Shown: positions 42,563-52,801, numbered from the stretch's first letter. The stretch is DNA of 64,000 nt from PVC group bacterium (GCA_945890715.1 CAMDCX010000005.1:2478-66477); one strand, 5' to 3'. Notes: generated from the letters alone by a model not told the origin. Numbers and translations are program-made.

Positions 42563-42598
42563 AACTCCTGTTGTGGACAGTCTGCCACAACAGGAGTT
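42563..42598 (-). terminator. Rho-independent terminator of carB that also contains the SD of the radical SAM gene
   Basis: The minus strand reads AACTCCTGTTGTGGcagactgtCCACAACAGGAGTT followed by TTTATG. It has a 14-bp perfect stem, and the AGGAG within the 3' arm lies 5 nt from the ATG at 42559. Confidence 0.75.
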
Positions 42599-42609
42599 CG
42601 GGAGACCAT

Positions 42610-45600
42610 TTATTTTATGCCGGCGTGATAGCTCTGAAGGGATGTAACGCCAGCCAACCCCTTGCGGGAAGCGGCGATTCCCTTGGCGGCGGCAGAAGCG
42701 GCGGCCAGAGTCGTGAAGTACGGAACCTTGTGCTTGATGGCGGCCTTGCGGATGTATGAGTCGTCGGTGACACTTCGTTTTCCGGCGGGCGTATTGATTA
42801 CGGCCTGAATCTCGCCATTGACAATGCCATCTGAAATGTCGGGGCGCCCCTCCAGTCGCTTATTGATGCGTTCACAGGGAATGCCTTTGTCTTTCAGGAA
42901 TTGCCAGGTTCCCTCGGTGGCCTTGATCGTGAAGCCCAGGGCGTGAAAGGCTTTTCCAACTTCAACGGCGGACTGGTTTTTCTCTACCACGCTGAGGAGT
43001 ACGGTGCCTTCCATGGGGAGCCGGTTATTGGCGGCTTCCTGAGCCTTGAAGAAGGCCATTCCAAAGTTCTCGGCCATGCCGAGAACTTCTCCGGTCGAGC
43101 GCATTTCCGGGCCGAGCAAGGGATCCACCTCCGGGAATTTATCGAATGGAAACACCGATTCCTTGACGCCGTAGTGAGGGATGCAGGAGGCATGTTTTAG
43201 TCCAAGTTCTTCCAGACGGGCTCCCATCATCAATTGGGTGGCGGCGCGTGCCATTTGAAGGGCGCAGACCTTGGACACCAGGGGAACCGTCCGGGAGGCG
43301 CGCGGGTTGGCTTCCAGGACAAAGACCTTTCCGTTTTCAATAGCGTATTGGATATTCATCAATCCGATGACATGCAATTCACGGGCGATTTTCTCCGTGT
43401 ATTCCGTGATGGTCTTGAGTTGCGGTGCCGGAATGCTGACCGGCGGGATCACGCACGCGGAGTCACCGGAGTGAATCCCGGCTTGTTCGATGTGCTCCAT
43501 CACAGCCGGGATGAACACATGAGTGCCGTCGGAGAGTGCATCCGCCTCGCACTCCAGAGCCTCCTGAAGGAAGCGGTCAATGAGGAGGGGGCGTTCGGGG
43601 GTGACTCCGACAGCCTTCGCGACATATTCACGCAGCATATCATCGTCATAGAGCACTTCCATGCCGCGTCCGCCCAGGACGAAGGAGGGACGGACCATGA
43701 CCGGGTATCCTACCCGATGGGCAACTTCGAGTGCCTGGGCGCTATCCACGGCCATGCCGGATTCCGGCATGGGGATGTCCAGCCGTTCCATCATCTGACG
43801 GAAGAGGTCTCGGTCTTCGGCGAGCTCAATCGTCTTGATATCCGAGCCGAGGATACGAACGCCAGCGGCGGCGAGATCGGCCGCAAGATTCAGGGGGGTC
43901 TGACCGCCGAATTGAACAATAACTCCGGCGGGCTTTTCCTTGTTGTAGATCGCCAGGACATCTTCCGTGGTCAGGGGCTCGAAATACAGTTTATCCGAGG
44001 TGTCGTAGTCCGTTGAGACGGTTTCCGGGTTGCAGTTGACCATGATCGTTTCATAGCCGAGATCGCGCAAGGCCAAGGCGGCGTGGACGCAACAGTAATC
44101 GAACTCAATGCCTTGTCCGATGCGATTGGGGCCACCCCCGAGAATCATGACCTTTTTGGGATTCGCGGTCGCCGTGGAGGTATCCTTGCCGTGATAGCTC
44201 GAGTAGTAATAAGCGGCGTTTTCTACTCCGCTGACGGGTACAGTATGCCAGCTTTCGACAACCCCGAGCGCGATACGCCGTTCACGGATCAGTTTTTCAG
44301 AAATGCCGAGGATTTTGGAGAGATGTTTGTCTGCAAACCCATCCATTTTGGCTTTGATTAGGAGCTCATCAGGCGGAAGTTTACCCTTGGACGCGAGGAG
44401 TTTTTCCTCCAATTCGACCAGTTCCTTCATTTGCTCGATGAACCACACCTTGATGTGGGTCAGTTTATGCAATTGCTCCACGGGGGCACCCTTGCGGAGC
44501 GCTTCGTACATAAGCCATTGCCGTTCACTGGAAGGTTCCGCGAGCAGGGCGATCAGTTCATCCAGGGGCTTGGTGTTAAAATCCTTGGCAAATCCGAGGC
44601 CATGGCGTCCGTTCTCGAGGGAGCGGATCGCCTTTTGGAAAGCTTCCTTGTACGTTTTGCCAATACTCATCACTTCGCCGACGGCCTTCATCTGGGTGCC
44701 CAGTTTGTCCTGGACCCCTTTGAATTTCTCAAAGGCCCAGCGTGAAAACTTGACCACGATATAATCCCCCGAGGGGGTATAGCGATCCAGGGAGCCATCG
44801 CGCCAGTAGGGGATTTCATCCATGGTCATGCCGCTGGCCAGTTTGGCGGAAATCAGGGCGATGGGAAATCCGGTTGCTTTGGAGGCCAGCGCGGAGGAGC
44901 GCGACGTGCGGGGATTGATCTCGATGATCACGATGCGGCCGTCCTTCGGGTTATGGGCGAATTGGACATTGGTGCCGCCGATGACTCCGATGGACTCCAC
45001 GATTTTATAGGCATAATCCTGGAGGCGTTTTTGTGTTTCCGGCTTGATGGTCAGCATAGGTGCGGTGCAGTAAGAATCGCCGGTATGTACTCCCATGGCA
45101 TCCACATTTTCGATGTAGCAGACCGTGATCATTTTGTTTTTGGAATCACGGACGACTTCAAGCTCCAGTTCCTCCCAGCCCAACACGGATTCCTCGACCA
45201 GGAGCTGGCCGATCAGGGAGGCCTGGATTCCTCGGGCCGCCACGGTCTGGAGTTCCTCGAGATTGTAGACCAGCCCGCCACCGGCACCACCCATTGTGTA
45301 AGCGGGACGGATGACCACCGGGTAGCCGAGCTTTGCGGCAACTTTTTCCGCTTCCGGAACGGTATAAGCCAGTTCGCTTTGCGGCATTTCGATGCCCAGC
45401 GACTTCATGGTTTCCTTGAAAATCAAACGATCCTCGCCCCGTTCGATGGCATCAAGGTTGACTCCGATGACCTTGACGCCGTATTTATCAAGAATGCCAT
45501 TTTTGTTGAGCTCAGAAGAAAGGTTCAGACCCGTTTGCCCGCCCAGGTTCGGAAGCAGGGCGTCCGGTCGTTCCTTGGCGATGATCTGTTCCATGCGTGC

Positions 45601-45813
45601 GACATTGAGCGGTTCGATGTAGGTGGCGTCGGCCATTCCGGGGTCGGTCATGATAGTGGCGGGATTTGAATTCACCAGGACGATTTTGTAGCCGCACGCC
45701 TTGAGGGCTTTACAGGCCTGGGTTCCTGAATAATCGAATTCACACGCCTGACCGATAACGATGGGACCCGACCCGATGATCATGACTTTCTTGATGTCAT
45801 TGCGACGCGGCAT
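42610..45813 (-). CDS. carB: Carbamoyl-phosphate synthase large subunit
   Basis: 1067 aa with duplicated ATP-grasp halves. The N-terminus is MPRRNDIKKVMIIGSGPIVIGQACEFDYSGTQA.... Confidence 0.95.
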   Translation of the reverse strand: MPRRNDIKKVMIIGSGPIVIGQACEFDYSGTQACKALKACGYKIVLVNSNPATIMTDPGMADATYIEPLNVARMEQIIAKERPDALLPNLGGQTGLNLSSELNKNGILDKYGVKVIGVNLDAIERGEDRLIFKETMKSLGIEMPQSELAYTVPEAEKVAAKLGYPVVIRPAYTMGGAGGGLVYNLEELQTVAARGIQASLIGQLLVEESVLGWEELELEVVRDSKNKMITVCYIENVDAMGVHTGDSYCTAPMLTIKPETQKRLQDYAYKIVESIGVIGGTNVQFAHNPKDGRIVIIEINPRTSRSSALASKATGFPIALISAKLASGMTMDEIPYWRDGSLDRYTPSGDYIVVKFSRWAFEKFKGVQDKLGTQMKAVGEVMSIGKTYKEAFQKAIRSLENGRHGLGFAKDFNTKPLDELIALLAEPSSERQWLMYEALRKGAPVEQLHKLTHIKVWFIEQMKELVELEEKLLASKGKLPPDELLIKAKMDGFADKHLSKILGISEKLIRERRIALGVVESWHTVPVSGVENAAYYYSSYHGKDTSTATANPKKVMILGGGPNRIGQGIEFDYCCVHAALALRDLGYETIMVNCNPETVSTDYDTSDKLYFEPLTTEDVLAIYNKEKPAGVIVQFGGQTPLNLAADLAAAGVRILGSDIKTIELAEDRDLFRQMMERLDIPMPESGMAVDSAQALEVAHRVGYPVMVRPSFVLGGRGMEVLYDDDMLREYVAKAVGVTPERPLLIDRFLQEALECEADALSDGTHVFIPAVMEHIEQAGIHSGDSACVIPPVSIPAPQLKTITEYTEKIARELHVIGLMNIQYAIENGKVFVLEANPRASRTVPLVSKVCALQMARAATQLMMGARLEELGLKHASCIPHYGVKESVFPFDKFPEVDPLLGPEMRSTGEVLGMAENFGMAFFKAQEAANNRLPMEGTVLLSVVEKNQSAVEVGKAFHALGFTIKATEGTWQFLKDKGIPCERINKRLEGRPDISDGIVNGEIQAVINTPAGKRSVTDDSYIRKAAIKHKVPYFTTLAAASAAAKGIAASRKGLAGVTSLQSYHAGIK

Positions 45814-45924
45814 AATACGGTCTCCTGATTACCCTGTGGCGGCCCCGTGTGGATAAAAAACGGGAAAAAACCCCGACAGACCGGGAGAGGATACGGAGAA
45901 TGGGGCAGGACAATCAAGTCCCTA

Positions 45925-45948
45925 TTAAGCGGCAAAATTGCCGCTTAA
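45925..45948. other. Perfect palindromic hairpin between the zinc-ribbon gene and carB
   Basis: TTAAGCGGCAaaatTGCCGCTTAA (10-bp stem). A T-rich run follows on the plus strand only, so its role as a terminator for the minus-strand gene is uncertain. Confidence 0.5.
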
Positions 45949-45978
45949 TGTTATTTTATTGAAGCGATTTCAGATCGA

Positions 45979-47043
45979 TCAGGAGCCGAGCTTTGAGATT
46001 TTTTCGCGCAAAGCTGAGGCTTTTTTTTCCATTACGTCCAGGTCGGCTTTATAGTCAGCCGCGAAGCCCGCAATAGTCTGATGCAGTGCCGCCAGTTTTA
46101 CCTGCAAGTCTGAGATGGTCCGGGTTGCCGTCATATTTTCGACCGCATTTTTACCAGCCAGATCATGAAGTGCTTTTTCGGCCTCCTGAACCCGTAATTC
46201 CGCCATGTGGGCGCGATTTTGAGCCTCGGTCAGGCGTGTCTTGGCCTCGGTCAGAAGGTGAGCGTTATTGGCGGATTCGCGGGACGATATTTCAAGTCTG
46301 GACTTCAGGCTGGCGATTTCGCCGATCAGCACGGTTGTTCCAGGTGACACCGCTGAAACGGATTCCAAAGCGGGGTTTAAGGTGACTTCCTTAACGGGTG
46401 CTGGAGTGATCGTCGGGGCCGGCGGCGGTGGTGGAGGGGGTGGCGGTTCGCTAATAACTGATGGCTGAAGCACTTCGGCTACGGGTTGCACTATTGGAGT
46501 GGGGGGGGGGGCGCCGGGGAGTTCAATCAGGATGATACCCGAGCATTGTTTACAGCGGATTTTCTTGCCGATGAGGCTGGTGGTGACCTTGGTAGACCAC
46601 TTGCAGGCGGGGCATGTGGCGGGAATTGTGGCTGCGGAAGACGTTTCTGCGGCTTGACCCAAAACAATGGGCGCCGCCGCTTTTTTGGGACCTGCGGAAG
46701 GGGTTTTGGGGGAGGGAGTTGCGCCAGCAGGTTTTGGAGGGGCTGTCAATTGAGCTGTTGAGCTGGCCGGTGGAGGTGGTGGTGGGGCAACGGGAGTCGG
46801 CGTCGCCGGAACGGCGGGGGCGGGAGCAATGGGGGCCCCCTTGGCCGTGGAGGCGGCTGCAGGCGGTGGCGTCGCCTGAGTGGCGGCAGGCGAAGGAGTT
46901 ACGCTTTTTCCAACCGGAATCGGTTTTCCGCACTTGGGGCACTTAACTTCAGTTGGCATCCGGCCCGGATGCGCCTTGATTTTTAACTTCGCCTTGCAAC
47001 TTCCACACTCAATGGGGATTAAATCCATACTGCTCTCCTTCAT
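45979..47043 (-). CDS. Double zinc-ribbon, proline-rich, coiled-coil protein
   Basis: 354 aa with two CxxC...CxxC units (CGSCKAK...CPKCGK and CPACKW...CKQCSG), long P/A/T-rich linkers and a C-terminal heptad-like region. Confidence 0.6.
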   Translation of the reverse strand: MKESSMDLIPIECGSCKAKLKIKAHPGRMPTEVKCPKCGKPIPVGKSVTPSPAATQATPPPAAASTAKGAPIAPAPAVPATPTPVAPPPPPPASSTAQLTAPPKPAGATPSPKTPSAGPKKAAAPIVLGQAAETSSAATIPATCPACKWSTKVTTSLIGKKIRCKQCSGIILIELPGAPPPTPIVQPVAEVLQPSVISEPPPPPPPPPAPTITPAPVKEVTLNPALESVSAVSPGTTVLIGEIASLKSRLEISSRESANNAHLLTEAKTRLTEAQNRAHMAELRVQEAEKALHDLAGKNAVENMTATRTISDLQVKLAALHQTIAGFAADYKADLDVMEKKASALREKISKLGS

Positions 47044-47294
47044 GCCTCAACGATGTTCTTTCTTAACACATGAAAGTAGCAACGAAGAGGCGATTAAACA
47101 ATCCTATTTCGAGAGAAAGCATTTTGGAGATTGCCGCCTGAAGAATTGATTTATCTAGGATCATTCCCTATACTTGAACCACATTTTTAAATATTAAGGG
47201 ACTGAGGTGGTTCATAACTCCGGGGCGTGGAGTATAGGATCGGTGGGTATTTGACTCGGATGGAGAGCGCCGCAGGAATCAGGAGGATGCGAGG

Positions 47295-48071
47295 ATGACG
47301 GATCAAAGTTTGAAGGTCACAGTTAAGGTGTCCGAGTCCCGTTGGCGTGAGGCGCAAGATTGGGAGCGTGACGGCTGGATCGCTACTGAAAAGAAGAGGG
47401 CTCGATTCTTTAAGAACTGGATTTGGCCGGTATTTTCTGTGCTAGGGCTTAAGCCCCGATTCCGCGGCAATGATTGGAATGATTGGTGGGCGGATCACTT
47501 CGGGCACTATCACTTCCTTCCCGATCATGTCGGGAATGCTATCGAGTTGGGTTGTGGCCCTTATACTAATTGGAGGCTTATTGGTGAGCGATGTCACGCC
47601 GAACACTTGGTCCTGAGTGATCCCTTAATCCGAACCTATGTTGGGTTTCCGCATACTTTTCTTCGCCATCTTTACCGAAAGGCCGCCTGCATGGTGGATG
47701 ATCATCCTATTGAGGATTGCCCGTTTTCATCGGGACGCTTTGATCTGGTGGTGATGATCAATGTACTGGATCATGTCCGGGATGCAGAGGTGTGCCTGCA
47801 AACGGCGCTTCGATTAGTCCGTCCAGGAGGGTGGTTGATTGTGGGACAGGATCTGACGGATGCGGGGGATCTCGAACGATTGAGGGATGCTCCGGGGCAT
47901 GAAGGGCATCCGATTACGGTGGATGAAGCCTGGATGCGAACTCAGTTGGGAGATGCCTTGGAGCCTGTCGTGGATTGCGTGTTGCCCCGGGAGAAAGGGC
48001 GCTGTCCTGAGCACCACAGCGGCACATTCCTGATTGCCGGTCAACGGCGGGCTGTGCGCCCACTTTACTAA
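47295..48071 (+). CDS. Class I SAM-dependent methyltransferase
   Basis: 258 aa containing motif I AIELGCGPYTN and the post-I/II pattern ...FDLVVMINVLDHV...RPGGWLIV. Confidence 0.7.
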   Translation: MTDQSLKVTVKVSESRWREAQDWERDGWIATEKKRARFFKNWIWPVFSVLGLKPRFRGNDWNDWWADHFGHYHFLPDHVGNAIELGCGPYTNWRLIGERCHAEHLVLSDPLIRTYVGFPHTFLRHLYRKAACMVDDHPIEDCPFSSGRFDLVVMINVLDHVRDAEVCLQTALRLVRPGGWLIVGQDLTDAGDLERLRDAPGHEGHPITVDEAWMRTQLGDALEPVVDCVLPREKGRCPEHHSGTFLIAGQRRAVRPLY

Positions 48072-48100
48072 TCCGTCCCCCAGTCCCTCCCGCAATAGCT

Positions 48101-49642
48101 ATGAGTCGTTTTCATAATTTTCAACGGAATCTGACGCTGAGCTACACCCAGTTGGCCGTCAACGTGGTGTATGTTCTGATTTCAGTGCCATTGGTCTTGT
48201 ACTGGCTGCCAAAAGAAGAGTTTGGCCTCTGGGCCTTGCTGATTCAGTTGATGGGTTTTTTTTCTTTGGTCGATCTCGGGATGACGACGGCGACGGGCCG
48301 GTTATTGGTGGACTATAAAGATCGAAGAAAGGAGGGAGGTTATGGGGCGCTTGTCAAAACCGCCTTTTGGGTCAGTGCGGTACAGGGGATTATCATCCTT
48401 GTCATCATCCTGTTTTCGGCTCCGTTGTTGGCAGCGGTGATTGATATTCCTTCTCTGTATAAGGAGACGTTCATTTCTCTGATGCGGTTGCAGGGGGTGA
48501 TCACCGCACTGCTTTTTTCCATGCGTCCACTCGGCCTCATCTTGTATGCCCATCAACGCCTTGATATATGCACCTACAACGAGATTGGCTCATTGGTATG
48601 CCAGTTGGTGCTGCTCTGGGTGTGTTTGGCCGCAGGGCAAGGGCTTTTCTCGTTTGTCTATGCCGGTGCCTTTTACGCGTTTATTGGGCCGGGATACCTG
48701 TTTTGGAAGTGCAAACGCATGGGCCTGTGGCCTGACGCCGGGGAGTGGGGGAAAGCTTCCTGGAGTGTATTCCTGTCCGTCTTTCGTTTCGGAAAGGACG
48801 TGTTTCTGATGACGCTTGGCCGTCAATTAACCCTGGCCAGCCAAACGGTCATTGTCTCTCGGACGTTGGGATTGGAATCGGCTGCGGTGTGGGCTGTGGG
48901 AACGAAAATGCTTAATCTGGTAATCCCGCTCATCAGTCGACCTTTCGGAACGGCGTTGCCGGGATTGTCTGAGATGCTGGTTCGCGGGGAAGTGGCCCGA
49001 CTGCGTGCCCGGTTTTCAGGGATCGTGGAGTTAACCGCGAGTCTTGGCGTAGTGCTTGGTATTTCGTTGGCGCTCTGTAATAGTTTGTTTGTGCAAGTGT
49101 GGACACAGGGAGCAATCGTATGGTTGCCTTGGAATGATGTCCTGCTGGGAATCTGGGTGGTTCTGCTCTCGCTTCAGGCAACCCACGGCAGTTTCGTTTC
49201 AGTGACAAAGGACATCGGCGGCATGAGATACGTCTTTTTTCTAGAGGGCTGTTGTTTTGTTCTGGTCGCCATTCTTGTGGGACCGGTGATGAACTATTCT
49301 GGAGTGGTTGGGGCTTCTATTGTTTGTGCCGCCTTGTTTTCGTATCAATACAGCCTGTCCCGAAGCATACGCTACTTTAATTGTACCGTGCGGGAGTTGG
49401 CATTTGGGTGGGTGCGACGGAGTTTGAAATTAGCGTTGGTGTATACTCCGCTGGCGGTTCTGGTTTGGTTTGCCACAAGGGGCTTTCCCCCGTTGGTGCG
49501 ATTAGAAGTTCATGTCATGGCCGCGGTTGTTGTCGGAGGACTTCTCTTTTTCAGGCTCGGTTTGTCTCCAGAACTGTTGGATGAAATGCGCAGGCGCTGG
49601 CCGGTGGCCAAGCTGAGATGGTTTCGTCTTGTACTTGGGTAG
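48101..49642 (+). CDS. Polysaccharide flippase (MOP/Wzx-like)
   Basis: 513 aa with about 12-14 TM segments. The N-terminus has the ...NLTLSYTQLAVNVVYVLISVPLVLYWLPKEEFGLW... pattern typical of Wzx/PST-family exporters. Confidence 0.75.
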   Translation: MSRFHNFQRNLTLSYTQLAVNVVYVLISVPLVLYWLPKEEFGLWALLIQLMGFFSLVDLGMTTATGRLLVDYKDRRKEGGYGALVKTAFWVSAVQGIIILVIILFSAPLLAAVIDIPSLYKETFISLMRLQGVITALLFSMRPLGLILYAHQRLDICTYNEIGSLVCQLVLLWVCLAAGQGLFSFVYAGAFYAFIGPGYLFWKCKRMGLWPDAGEWGKASWSVFLSVFRFGKDVFLMTLGRQLTLASQTVIVSRTLGLESAAVWAVGTKMLNLVIPLISRPFGTALPGLSEMLVRGEVARLRARFSGIVELTASLGVVLGISLALCNSLFVQVWTQGAIVWLPWNDVLLGIWVVLLSLQATHGSFVSVTKDIGGMRYVFFLEGCCFVLVAILVGPVMNYSGVVGASIVCAALFSYQYSLSRSIRYFNCTVRELAFGWVRRSLKLALVYTPLAVLVWFATRGFPPLVRLEVHVMAAVVVGGLLFFRLGLSPELLDEMRRRWPVAKLRWFRLVLG

Positions 49643-49657
49643 GTTCGGAAGGGTATT

Positions 49658-50497
49658 ATGGTCATTGCGAATACAATCGTTTTCTTTTATAGATGGTGGC
49701 ATGGAACGTGCAAATTCAAAGGGGCCGGCTGGATCATCAAGGGGCTGGCAAGAGGGCTTCAGGGTTTGCAGCATTATCCCTTGGACGTGCCCGGGAGGGG
49801 GCGCGTGATTCTTGATCTGCGGGATGTGGGGGCCTTCACCTGGCTGAATTATGTCGTCGATGGGAGGCATCCGGAAGAAGCGCTGCTGACCTTGATACGC
49901 GCCCTTGCAAGACCGGGTCAGGTCTTATGGGATGTGGGGGCCAATGTTGGGTTAGTGTCCGCATTGTGTAAATGGGAAGGGGGTGGGTTCCAGCGAATTG
50001 AATCGTTTGAGCCCAATCCCGCCTTGTGTCAGGGCCTGAATGAAGTATTTTCGGGGGACAACGTGGTGCGGGTGCATGCGGTGGCGCTAGGAGAGACGAA
50101 TTCCACGTCCCTGTTGATGAGGAGGCGTGGAGATTCCCTTAGGAGTTCATTGGTTGATGGGGGAGGGGATGAAGTCGAAGTGGTGGTGCGAACGGGAGAC
50201 TCGATGGTTGAGGAAGCCTCCGTGGAGGCTCCGGACATCATCAAGCTGGATACCGAGGGGTTTGAAGTTCAGGTTCTGTCAGGGTTGGAGAAAACAATTA
50301 TCGCGCACAGGCCCGCATTGCTACTCGAGCGTTCGCCTGCGCTGGAGGCGATTGTGCCGCGTTATTCCGCTCTTGGCTATACGGGATGCTATATTACCCG
50401 CGACGGGCGATTGACGATCAATCCGAGGAATCCAGAATGTGGACACAATTGTGCCTTGATTCCGCCGGGTGTCGATATCTCCTCCTTGCTTATTTAA
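49658..50497 (+). CDS. FkbM-family methyltransferase
   Basis: 279 aa containing ...VLWDVGANVGLVS... and ...IIKLDTEGFEVQVL..., the hallmarks of FkbM-family methyltransferases. Confidence 0.75.
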   Translation: MVIANTIVFFYRWWHGTCKFKGAGWIIKGLARGLQGLQHYPLDVPGRGRVILDLRDVGAFTWLNYVVDGRHPEEALLTLIRALARPGQVLWDVGANVGLVSALCKWEGGGFQRIESFEPNPALCQGLNEVFSGDNVVRVHAVALGETNSTSLLMRRRGDSLRSSLVDGGGDEVEVVVRTGDSMVEEASVEAPDIIKLDTEGFEVQVLSGLEKTIIAHRPALLLERSPALEAIVPRYSALGYTGCYITRDGRLTINPRNPECGHNCALIPPGVDISSLLI

Positions 50498-50498
50498 G

Positions 50499-51716
50499 AT
50501 GACTATGCCGCCCTTGATCATGTTTGTAACGCCTCGTCACTACCGTCGTGAGGGTGGATTTTGGGAGCGGGATGGCGGATTGTTGACTGTGGAAGGATGG
50601 CGCCGTGGCATGAACACAGCGCTGGTGACTTGTCTGGGTGATCCTGTGACTCCACACAAGGGGGCTCCTCTCATTGTAGGGACATTGTCGGACATGTCGT
50701 GTCCGCAATGGTGGCGGGATCACGGCCCCGCGTTGGTTGTTCTCTATGCCTGGGGAATGCCGCGTTACACGTCAATAGCCAAGGCTATCCGTGACGCTGG
50801 AATTCGACTCCAAGTCCAGTTTGACTCCGATGGAGTTGTCAGTCCTCGTGTAGACCCTTGGTTGTATTTTTACTCGATTTACTGGACGTATCGAGAACAT
50901 GGATATCGAAATCGGCTGAGGGCGTTTCCGGGAATTCTGGCGGGTCTAAATTGGGCTTGGCATTGGATCAATCCCTTTGCCTATGATCGGCCGATGGTGC
51001 GTCATTTGGAACAGGCGGATTGGATCGCATTGGAGTCCCCTTTGGCGGCAATTCGGGTACGGCAATTTCTTTGTGACATGGCGCGCCCCAGTCTGGCGGA
51101 TCGTGTCATTGTTAATCCCCATCCTGTTGCGGATGATTTTCGCTATCACGGGAAGGCGAAAGGTGACGAAATCATAGCTGTTGGTCGGTGGCAGTCCGCG
51201 CAAAAGGATCCAGCGCTGCTCCTTCGTGTTCTGCAGGAGGTGTTACACCGGCACCCGGGATGGTCTGCGACACTGATTGGTTCTGGCGACGAGTTCCTGA
51301 AGCGGACGATTTCCGTCTGGCCTGAGCCGCTTCGCCGCCGGGTTCGGATTCTTGGAAAAATTCCACATGAGTTGTTGATCCCGGAATTGCAGCATGCTCG
51401 GATCTTGTTGGCGACATCGCGTTATGAAAGTTTTCACATTGCGGCGGCCGAGGCGTTATGTTGCGGTGCCTCTGTAGTGGGGCTTGCCCATCTGGCCTCC
51501 TTTTGCCATTTCGTGTCAGTTCAATCAGGATCCTTGGCGGTGACGCGCCGGTGTGCCGACCTGGTAAGTGCCGTTTCGGCGGAAATTCACGCTTGGCAAA
51601 CGGGCATGCGGGATCCTGAAGCAATTTCAGCTTATTGGCGGGCGAGTGTTGGCGTGGGTGCCTGTATGAATACAATTGCCACGCGGGCGGTGGAGGATCA
51701 TGCGCGTTCTTTATGA
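50499..51716 (+). CDS. Glycosyltransferase (GT4-like C-terminal half, atypical N-terminal half)
   Basis: The ATG at 50499 lies just after the upstream stop. The C-terminal part ...LLATSRYESFHIAAAEALCCGASVVG... resembles the GT-B E-x7-E region. Confidence 0.55.
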   Translation: MTMPPLIMFVTPRHYRREGGFWERDGGLLTVEGWRRGMNTALVTCLGDPVTPHKGAPLIVGTLSDMSCPQWWRDHGPALVVLYAWGMPRYTSIAKAIRDAGIRLQVQFDSDGVVSPRVDPWLYFYSIYWTYREHGYRNRLRAFPGILAGLNWAWHWINPFAYDRPMVRHLEQADWIALESPLAAIRVRQFLCDMARPSLADRVIVNPHPVADDFRYHGKAKGDEIIAVGRWQSAQKDPALLLRVLQEVLHRHPGWSATLIGSGDEFLKRTISVWPEPLRRRVRILGKIPHELLIPELQHARILLATSRYESFHIAAAEALCCGASVVGLAHLASFCHFVSVQSGSLAVTRRCADLVSAVSAEIHAWQTGMRDPEAISAYWRASVGVGACMNTIATRAVEDHARSL

Positions 51717-52800
51717 TTATCAGGCCTTTGGTGCACAACGAGCGGGAGGGGTCTCCCGGTATTTTGTTGAGCTGATGCAGGAGTGGGAGTCTGTTTCTGG
51801 AATCGAGGCCGAACTGATTGCGCCGCTTTCGGTTAATACCCATCTTAAGGAGGCGTATGCGCGGGAAGTGCGAACGCTTCAGGGGATTCATGTTCCAGCG
51901 GGATGGGGGCCTAGCTCTGTTCTCTCCCTTATGAATCGGGCTTTTTTTTCAGTCAATACGCTTGGACAGGCATGGGATATTTATCATCCCACCTACTATA
52001 ATTGCCTTTGGCCAAGCCCCCGTGCGCGGCGAAAGGTGGTGACTGTTTTTGACATGACTCATGAGTTGTTTCCGTCACTTTTTCACAAAACCGATCCCAC
52101 GATTCAGCGAAAACGCACCATGGTTGAGTCTGCGGACGGAGTCATCTGCATCTCGGACTCCACGAGACGGGATCTGTTGGCCTTGACGGAGGTGTCTCCT
52201 TCTAAAACGACCATTATTCCCCTTGCGACCCGAATCCTTCAAATTCCCCCCGCGCCATTTCGGTTCCGGCGTCCCTATTGGCTGTTTGTCGGGGCGCGTG
52301 GTGGGTATAAGGATTTTTCGGTCTTGTTGGAAGCCGTCGCCACCACACCTGAGCTTCGGAACGAAACAGACATTGTGTGTTTCGGAGGCGGTTCTTTCAG
52401 CCCCGCTGAACAGCGTAACCTGGTGCGGTTCGGAATGAGGGATCGCGTTCATCAGGTGGCGGGACAAGATGCGCTTTTGCGTGGCGCATACGAAAATGCC
52501 ATTGCCTTGGTCTATCCCTCCCGACATGAAGGGTTTGGGCTCCCGCCGCTGGAAGCCATGACCGTCGGGTGTCCTACTATCACCGTGAACGGAAGCAGTC
52601 TGCCGGAGGTTGTTGGTGACGGTGGGGTGCAGATTCCTGTGGGCGATATCGGAGCCTTGATTGTCGCCATGGAGCGCCTTCTGTGTGATTCACGACATCG
52701 GTGGGCGGTTCAGGAGGCAGGTCGTACTCGGGCGAGACGTTTTTCATGGGCGGAGACGGCTCTTCAAACACAAGCCTTCTACCAAAAGGTTCTCGCGTGA
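51700..52800 (+). CDS. GT4 glycosyltransferase
   Basis: The ATG at 51700 (MRVLYDYQAF...GGVSRYF) overlaps the upstream gene by 17 nt. Contains ...YPSRHEGFGLPPLEAMTVGCPTI.... Confidence 0.8.
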   Translation: MRVLYDYQAFGAQRAGGVSRYFVELMQEWESVSGIEAELIAPLSVNTHLKEAYAREVRTLQGIHVPAGWGPSSVLSLMNRAFFSVNTLGQAWDIYHPTYYNCLWPSPRARRKVVTVFDMTHELFPSLFHKTDPTIQRKRTMVESADGVICISDSTRRDLLALTEVSPSKTTIIPLATRILQIPPAPFRFRRPYWLFVGARGGYKDFSVLLEAVATTPELRNETDIVCFGGGSFSPAEQRNLVRFGMRDRVHQVAGQDALLRGAYENAIALVYPSRHEGFGLPPLEAMTVGCPTITVNGSSLPEVVGDGGVQIPVGDIGALIVAMERLLCDSRHRWAVQEAGRTRARRFSWAETALQTQAFYQKVLA

Positions 52801-52801
52801 C

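Noticed and set aside
47160-47260. Nested inverted repeats (CCTATACT/AGTATAGG and GAACCAC/GTGGTTC) upstream of the EPS operon share a GAGTATAGG word with the E2 left end.
   Set aside because: The arms are short (7-8 bp) and asymmetrically spaced, and a 12-13-nt near-match is expected by chance many times in 64 kb. It is kept only as a possible 5'-UTR structure, not as part of the element family.
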